DNA of 64,000 nt from Paragordius varius (taxonomy: Eukaryota > Animalia > Nematomorpha). A model generated the notes under the pieces. The model searched no databases, was not told the origin of the DNA, and saw only the letters and a program-made list of their open reading frames with translations. The DNA lies in NCBI GenBank assembly GCA_964247055.1, contig OZ176054.1, forward strand, positions 1,736,001 to 1,800,000, read 5' to 3'. Below are positions 55,797-64,000 of this stretch, in pieces; position 1 is the first letter of the stretch, and every line of letters begins with the position of its first letter. The translations under genes and the position numbers were made by a program.

Positions 55797-56289
55797 CATC
55801 GGGATGTTTACCCACCGATTTTGTGTGTAGTTTATATCAATGATATTTTTTGGAATGAAGCACATAGCTTTCACCAAAATTAATTTATTTGCTGTGACAT
55901 GGTGAAATTTGTATATTCTGTGGTCGATATCAGGAAATATTATATTTGCGCATATATTGTATAAAACATTTTTGGTGTAAATGCTTGCTGATTAAAAATA
56001 TCACAATATTCATTAGAAATTATATATAAAAAGCATAACAGTACTTTATAAATTTTTATATGTGGGCTGATAAATTCCTAAAAAAATTTCCTGAAAAAAT
56101 AGATATTGTATTTCCAGTTTCAAGATATTTTGATGGTGGAAGATATATTAACACTTTAATATTATTAAAAAACCCTTTTTTACATGTCAATGATTCTAAA
56201 GGTTTCTATATCCTTATATCTTTATATATAAGCTGTTAACAAATAATTATCTAAAATTTAAAGTCAAATACTTTTTAAATACAAATCTG

Positions 56290-57300
56290 AGATGATAGAA
56301 AGATTCAATCGAGGTATGTGGAAAAAATCTTCATAATAGTTTTAGCTATATTATACCGTTTCACCGTGCTTCAAAATACCATAAAACTCGCTTTATCAAA
56401 AGCTATAAAATAAGTTATTAATAAAATATCCGATTTTTGGAGAAAACTTCATTGATCTCAAAATTTAGCATTTGTCACGTAATATTGGCCTTTTTGCGTT
56501 TAGTTTAGGAAAATTATAGCACTGCGTAAATCAGGGGTGGGTGTTATAATAAAATATTCTGATGAAATATATATATGCTGATGGAAATTTGTAGGATTAT
56601 CGTGGTGCTGGTTTTGGCCCTTACAAGTGATTTAAGAAAGTTATTTACACTTTTGTGGTAAGTTCTTCTTTTCCACATTTTTGAAAAAAAAATTTGGTCA
56701 CAACTAAGGGCTTCATTCCAAAAAATATGACTAAATCATGACTCCATATAAAAGTCAAAACAATATTTTTAACAAAATTATATTTTTTAGACGTGGGCTC
56801 CCAAAATCCAAATTTTTTCGCCCCTATAATAGGGCTGGTTCTCTTAAAATAAACGAAAAAATGTCGAGATTGCGGTTATATCGTTAATGTGCTAAATTTT
56901 AATATCAACTAAAAATATTTTTTTAAAAATGCACAATTTTTTCAAAGATTAAAATTTTAGAAAAACTTTGTTGAAGCTTATTCATACTATGAAGCATGGT
57001 GGAAACTGTATAAAGCCCATATATATTATAAAAACACGTTTTCTTTAGAATTTGATTAAGCTGAACATTTTAGAATTTTAATTTAAAGGTTCGTTAGCTT
57101 TATAATTTTGGTGAACTTTTATAAAACCTAATTTATGTTTAACATTAATTTGAAAACGAACGAATATTTTAATCGAAATTCTAAGATGATAGAAATATGC
57201 GGCATAAAAATTTTCTAAAAAAGTTTTTAGTTTTTATACCGTTTCTATCATGTCTCAAAATAATATGAAGTAATCTTCAGCAAAGTTTTCTAAAAAAATT
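56290..57300. repeat. Diverged repeat family present in direct and inverted orientation
   Basis: 56290-56500 resembles the reverse complement of ~56840-57010 and recurs directly at ~57180-57300; related sequence at ~34375-34560. Confidence 0.5.
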
Positions 57301-57948
57301 TTTGAAAATGGCATTTTTTATAAATATTTTCATTTTATATCAATATTTAGCTTATATTTAAAAGTTTTATCGCGTATCGGTATTTTTTCATTTATTTATG
57401 CTTCTAACCTAATAAAAATTATATAAATAAGCTAAAATATCTAAATAAAATTTAGCCATGGAAAAATTTGTATCAAACTACTTCGACAATTTTTATTTTA
57501 CAACATTTTTGCTAAATATCGTGTTTATTTGATTATAAGGTTAATTAAGTTTTCTATTTAATTAATATCACATTTAAATGAACAGAAAATAGGGTATATT
57601 CATTTTATACTTATGCACATGTGAGCTAAATTATTACCAATAGGTTTTACATCTGAATAAGTATTGAGTATTTTTAAGTAAATATTTTTTTATATTTTGG
57701 TTCATTAATGTTATTTAAATACAAACTTTTGCCATATGTCAATTTAATATTTTGAAATATTTAATTTTAAACTAGATTCTGGTATCTATCTACCCCAATT
57801 GTGAATCGAATGACTGAAATGACTGTGTTGTATTCAAGTGTTAAAAACTTGTGGTATATGTGCAAAAAAGTGTTTTATCACTAACATATGTTTTGACATA
57901 TGTGTAATTTTTATCGTTGGTTTTTATACAGCGGTTATTTTAAATTTG

Positions 57949-60900
57949 ATGGACAATAGTTTTAAATCTTTTAAGAAATCTAGTTGTTCAACCACTAAGA
58001 TAAAAGGGTTAAGACAAAAAGTCTCTAATTGCATGTGCAATGATATACAAATTGAAATTAAAGGACCTACAGATTTATGTAAAATTATACAAAATGTTTT
58101 GACTTTTTTATTCCCGCATGGTATCCAACTGAATATTACATCCACGATTCCGATACATAATGGATTAACTCAAATAAAAAACGAAGTATATACTACTCCT
58201 GTGCCTGAAAAATTTAATGAAATTCGGCCAATCTGCCCACTTAAATTATCAAATTATTTTAATTCGAATCTTAATTATCATGCATTATCTTATTTAAACA
58301 TTAAAACTGCAATAAAATCCGATCCAGGCAAATATTTAAGCCATGTATCTTCACTAACCTCTACAATATGTAATCCGTTTGAACCCAAGAGCCCTAATAT
58401 ATATTTAGAGGATACTATAAGTCCCAGTTTTGTGCATTCACTGCGGGCTAACCATAACGCAACAGAGAGTCCCATAAAATTTTCTCAACATAATAATGGT
58501 ATCATGAATAGTACTGAGGCCAATTTCATGGAAAATGTTGAACAACAAACTTCTTGTTGCGATGATAACACGCTCTTTACGATCGATGACCGTGCCCTCT
58601 TGTTTCCCGTCGACATTGAAAATTCACCATCATACTTTAAACAATTTTTTCATAATCATCAATCAAATAATCGGATAGTTTCTGCAGGTCACCATGATTC
58701 AGAACACGAGCGTTTAATTCAAACGACAATAGATCAATATTTTACCTCAAAGATTTATCTCCCTTCACCTTATCCTTCTAATCAAAGCAAAACTAGTAAT
58801 TCGTTGCCTAAAAAATCAAAAGGTTACCATATATTATTTTCCTTCTTTAAAAAATGCACATTAACTTATAGATATGAAAACCGAATTTTTCGAAAATACT
58901 CCATAATTTTTTCCCACGTTTGATTTTAGATTTGTTTTTGGTAAAAACACGTAACAAAGGTTGCCAAACCATCGTTTCTATCCCACCAGTCCAAGATATG
59001 ACTGGAGTGTTTGATACGCGTTTTCAAAACGGTTTCATGCATAACTGTAGTCTGTGTGCCGATCAGTTAGACCCATTAGCCTTATCACCTCCAGAATATC
59101 TGCAACGCTCTTTGTATAATAATAATACAACTTCTAAACGAAATAGATATTTACTATTTGGTGGACAACAATCTGCCTCATCTGAGAAAAGATTGCTTCA
59201 TTTATCTGCAAAAAAGATTGTGCCGACCTATGGGTAAACTATGAATTTTAGATAAGAAAAGTCTTTTTCATTATTTAAAGATCAATGTCATTAATATAAT
59301 GTGCTAATCTGAATTTTTTAATTAATTAAAATGCCAATCTTATGTGGTTTAATATGCATATATGGAAATAGCGTTTGCGTTTCATAGTAATGAAAGAAGC
59401 TTATAATAAATATTTATAGTAACGCTAATGCGGATAGCAGCGAAATCAGCCATGTTCAGGCATCTACCTCTCAGGCGTGTCAAACCCCTTCGTCGCCTAG
59501 CTCACTTTCATCGGCTCGGTTGTTGGAAATTATGCTTGAAGAACATCATATACCAGATTCATATTTTGCTTCCTTGCGGAAAAGAGATAAGGCATTACTC
59601 GGTCTGAACTTGATTATAATACTTAAATATATATATAAGCTATATAACGCTTTTAAAAATATATTTTGGCCCATAAAAATTTTCTTCATTATCCCAAAAA
59701 GATGTATCTTATTAACTACTAATTTTCAGTCTGACCTGTTATAAATATGGGAATGTTATCCATTATTAAAAAAAATTCATACATATAATATTATGTGATT
59801 TAAATTATTATAAAAATGGTGTAAAAATTAAATATTCTTTTTTAAACAAGGCGTTAACGTCATTCAATTTTGTTTAAAAACATATAATTCATATTTGTAG
59901 TTATGCTGATTGTTTGACCATAAAGGACTGCATTCATAGGTGGATAAATCGATTATGATTATTTAAACGAACGCATTAAACAAGCACACGAATAGATTTG
60001 TAAATACTGTTGACGAAAAACGTTCACATATCGTCTGCCTTATATATTAAATTAATCATTCATTCTGTTAATTTAAAAGGTTGTGACAATAACTAAACTG
60101 CCCTACAAAATGAATTTCAATGCACTATAGTTGGTCACTTGGCAACAAGTGTACGGAAAAAACAACAAAATGTTGATAATTAATACTTAAGATAGAAAAT
60201 ATTTAATATTTTGTTGTTTTTTCGTAAACTGCTGTGTTGCCAGTTGACCAACTATAATGTGAATAAGCCATCATTAAAATGCATACTGTATTTGATATTT
60301 TTCTTTCCTTCCATCCTCATAATCAATAGTTAAATTTTCACTAATTTATATCATTTTGGAAGGAGTTGAGTATATTATGCATAACGATTAGGTTCTTCAT
60401 CACCATTTCAATGTCCGCATTGTCACACTGTTTGTGACAATAATTCAAATTTTGCGTCTTCATCGCGCGTCAAAATGGTGGCCACGACCCCACGAAATAA
60501 AGTTTGTCAATTTTGTCGGCATTTGACGATACAAAGTCGTTCAAAACAGAGTGTGCGAAATAACAGTGATACACCGTTTTCTTTAACACCACTCTCCACA
60601 CAAAAAATAACATCTAGCCCCTTCCAACTACAGGAAGGAGAGGAAAAATCTATGATGAAATTATCTGGTCAAAAATTATTGTTGTTATCTACTTCACTTA
60701 GAAAAAAACAGCAACACCTGACAAATCTGGATTCATTAATACCAAGGACATCTGAATCAACCAATAATACAAATAATAATTTAAATAATAAAGCTCATAA
60801 TTTTTTGTTCCTTAACAACGAGGACGAATATTTCCCGAATTCTAGGGTAAGATTTGCTCGCCAAAGAACCATGTCGCCTCCACCAGAATTTAAACTTTCA

Positions 60901-63833
60901 GAACTTAAATCTCCCATTTTATCTCCGATTAAACGGGATGTGGAAGAAAATGAAGAATTTAAACCTATTATGAGTAAAATAAGTATTTGCGCAAATAGCA
61001 CTAATAATCATGTAAATATCAATAATAGTTTTGATTCGGGTTTATGTAATTCCCTACCATCATCTAACACGGGTGAAATTAGCGGCAATCATCCTTTTGA
61101 GGGTGTAAATTTGCTCATAAGAAATGGCATACGTGAAACATATAACAGTGATTATATGATTTCAAATGAAAAGGAAAAAGTTTTTAAGGATTTACGACAA
61201 TATCTAACGGAGGAAAAATCCATACCAGATTCTATGCGTCAAATGTTCTCAGCATCGGTCCATGAAGCTAATGATATACTACTAGCATCTCATAAGGTTC
61301 CAAGTCCAGCAGGTACTTTCACAAAAAATTGTCCATATATTTTTCAGCTGTAGAAAAAATATCTAATAATTAATTCTGGTGGTAAAATTTGTCCCATATT
61401 GTTTTTTTTTCATTAAAATGCATTTATTTTCAAAAAAGGATCAAATAAACACTGTTTGTTATATTTAAGTTGTTTAATTGTAGTGTTAATATAATGTTTT
61501 TGAAATAGTTAAAGAAGGATATAAATTACATGTTAATTGGATGAAAGATAATAAAAAGTTTTAAAGATCCAATTAACAATATACTTTTTTCGTATATTTT
61601 CATATTTTTTTCCATAAAAAATTCGTAAAATCATTACAATAAATATGCATATAGCGGAGGAAGAAGTTCAAGATTCAGCTTTATGTGATTCAAATTTAAC
61701 TGGTTCATTTCAACAAATTTTACCAGCCACTACAGCTGTTGTAGTATTTTCCCAACCTACGTCAAATTTTATCAGTTCACACAATATCATGATGCCGAAT
61801 GTTGTAAATTTAGTTGTTGAAACTCAAAACTTTATTCCAACATCCACAATGTTAAAGGGAGAGTGTCATAATAGTAATAAAAGCTTAGCCCCTATCCCTG
61901 AAAACATGAATGAACAACAGGATTGTGATGGCAATGATAGCAGCTTAAACACAAGTTATATTAGTGAAGCTGACTTGTCGCAACAAATGTCCTCACTTTC
62001 CGTTTCATGTGACGAGGATCAAAATATGATGTCCCACCCTTCTTACTATCCAGATAAAATGAACAATATGGAAAACGATGATAAGTATACATATATACAC
62101 ATTATATATAAACGGCGCATATATGTAGGTAACTATTTGATTTTAATACAATTTAGTTTGAAAAAAAAACTATAAAGCTAAAAACTGTTGGGTGCATAAC
62201 ACAACTATACATTTGCGGTTATATAATTATGCCAGAGAATATTTATAAATAAGATTTAGCCATAGTTTTTATGTGTATGCCTAATTTTGTAATTGGTTTA
62301 TATTATCCTAACATAGTATGGACATATTAACACTTCGATTCAAGTTGGGATATCTTAAGACCCTAGACCATTTAAATTTATGGTCCTATGCTAAGAAAAT
62401 TATAAATAAGCCAAAATAATTAAATAAAAAAATCACCATATCAAGCGGCTTCGGCGCCATTTTATTTCACATTATTTTTGCAGGATACAGTGCTTTTTTA
62501 TCGCTAAAATAAAGTTAATTTTTTATTAAAAATATATCTAACATTAATATAAACAGAAAAAATGGTTTATTTTGCATTATTTGATATCTCTAATACACAT
62601 ATGTCATGGTGGCTATATTTTTACCATTGGGTTTATCCCTAAACTAAGTATATCAAATTTTAATAAATCGTTTTTGTATTTCGGTGCATTAATGTTATAT
62701 AAGTGCAAACTTTTGCAATGGTTTCAAGTTTCATATTTTTTGAAATATTTGATTATAAACAGGCCTGGGGTCGTCAAAGATCCCAATTTTAATCGGAGGT
62801 CCAGAATGAATGTGTTGTATGCAAGTATTAATATACATGATTATATCACAAAATTTTTTGTAAGTTATTATATTATTTTCCGCCAAAAATTAATGTTTAA
62901 ATTTTGTAATATACCGATTTCATTTATTAATGAGGTTGGGATTGATACCTTTTCAATCACTCTTTTTTCTGAATACTTGACATTTTTATACGGTAATTCA
63001 TATTTTACATAATTTCCACAAAATGTGAGAGTTTTCGATTTTAAATATCGTTTTAGAAACACAGATTTTTCAATCACCAACAGCATGATGTCCGTTGTTA
63101 TGAGCCCACTTGCATCAAATTACGGTAAATAAACATTGTGTTTTAAATTTACATTTATAGGACATTGTAATTTCATATAAATTATTCATACTTTTACGAT
63201 ATAAACCTATTCATAGTAGTCTACAAAAGTTTTTTATTAATTACAGTTTTGTAATTTTTGGTTTCGGTAATATACAGTAAAAACTGAAATTTTACGGACA
63301 AAACGTAAAAATATATAGAAAAATAATTTATCTAAAAAACAACCAACCATACTTTTTAAATCTTGATTTTCTAAATATAACTTATTGTTTAAAATGGCAA
63401 AGTGTGAAATAGAGCTATATACTACGAACACATTCAATCCACATTTTACATAACTAAATAGCTATTTAGAAAAGTATGGTTTAAAAGAGCATGGTTGTCT
63501 TTTAGAAGAAGATAATTGTCTTATGTTTTGTCCGTATAATTTCAATTTTTACTGTACGCTTTTTTATTCTATATTTTCATTACCATGATTTTTCTAATGA
63601 TAATTTTCCATATAAATTATGATAAAGATCGCAACCATCAAATAATACGAGAGGAGCAACAACAACCGTTTCAATGCATTTCAAATTTTGCAAATAAAAT
63701 CAAACGCAGGCATTTCACTAATAATCCGCATTCCGATGATAAGTTTGAAACAATCTCTGGCCATTTGAATATCATTCCATGCACTACGCTAAATCCTAAA
63801 TTACCGTATAATAATTTATTGTTAAATATCTAA
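57949..63833 (+). CDS. BORA: Protein aurora borealis (Aurora-A/Plk1 cofactor) orthologue, 7 exons, ~994 aa
   Basis: Exons: 57949-58822, 58930-59233, 59420-59601, 60392-61312, 61655-62084, 63057-63124, 63628-63833, phase-consistent. Bora N-terminal signatures NPFE, ISPSFV, FTIDDRALLFPVDI, IQTTIDQYFTSKIYLPSPY, GCQTIVSIP; many S/T-P sites; FDSGLCNS resembles the beta-TrCP degron of human Bora. Start and last exon are tentative; an acceptor at 57930-57931 implies an upstream exon. Confidence 0.8.
60123..60259. mobile_element. 137-bp foldback MITE with CACTA-type (CMC: EnSpm/Transib-like) end
   Basis: CACTATAGTTGGTCACTTGGCAACA..GGAAAAAACAACAAAA versus TTTTGTTGTTTTTTCG..TGTTGCCAGTTGACCAACTATAATG; TG on both sides (possible 2-bp TSD). 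Confidence 0.65.
62331..62800. mobile_element. TTAA-type MITE (family C, CACTTCGATTCAA end)
   Basis: TTAA|CACTTCGATTCAAGTTGGGA; internal CTTCGGCGCCATTT shared with ~36230; degenerate right end GATCCCAATTTTAATCGG; another copy at ~57330-57810. Confidence 0.6.
63275..63554. mobile_element. Tc1/mariner-like MITE (family E), TA TSD
   Basis: TA|CAGTAAAAACTGAAATTTACGGACAAAAC ... GTTTTGTCCGTATAATTTCAATTTTTACTG|TA. Confidence 0.85.
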
Positions 63834-64000
63834 TTCGATAATAATTAATTTATGGACATGTATTCATTTATATAAAAAAAAAATTCAATATAATTTATTT
63901 TATTTAAATTCCAATATGTGGCAATTTTCACAGTTTTTTGATTCTGTGGTTTTTATTATTGCGTCTACATAAAAATTTTGGTATTTTTATTAAATATGTG

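Noticed and set aside
57838-57931. Cys-rich N-terminus (TCGICAKKCFITNIC) of the 361-aa ORF as a RING-like domain
   Set aside because: No ATG, and it lies upstream of an acceptor at 57930-57931, so probably intronic TGT-rich sequence.

Overview
Very AT-rich (roughly 25% GC by eye), intron-rich animal genomic DNA using the standard code; the species cannot be identified from sequence alone. Manual splicing on GT-AG boundaries with phase checks supports six protein-coding genes: (1) the 3' end of a BMP-class TGF-beta ligand (+, 68-1309) with a ~60-aa insertion inside the cystine-knot domain; (2) AP-3 beta subunit AP3B1/2 (-, 18324-2072, 29 exons, ~1429 aa); (3) USP39/Sad1 (+, 18421-25110, 11 exons, 504 aa), head-to-head with AP3B with only 96 bp between start codons and 26-34 nt introns nearby; (4) a 3-exon secreted prohormone-like gene (-, 29526-28715, 153 aa) that the ORF track shows only in part, the best novelty candidate; (5) a CNNM/ACDP metal transporter (+, 38512-55101, 20 exons, ~1720 aa); (6) a Bora (aurora borealis) orthologue (+, 57949-63833, ~994 aa). 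Introns and intergenic DNA hold many non-autonomous DNA transposons: at least 15 copies of three MITE families sharing the terminus TATACCATTT (two with 21-bp subterminal repeats, mostly close to splice sites), TTAA-flanked piggyBac-like MITEs, hAT MITEs (one with a perfect 8-bp TSD nested in a piggyBac-like copy), Tc1/mariner-like MITEs, a CACTA/Transib-like foldback and a decayed LINE RT. No rRNA, tRNA or CRISPR array was seen. Coordinates were counted by hand; repeat boundaries may be off by a few bases.
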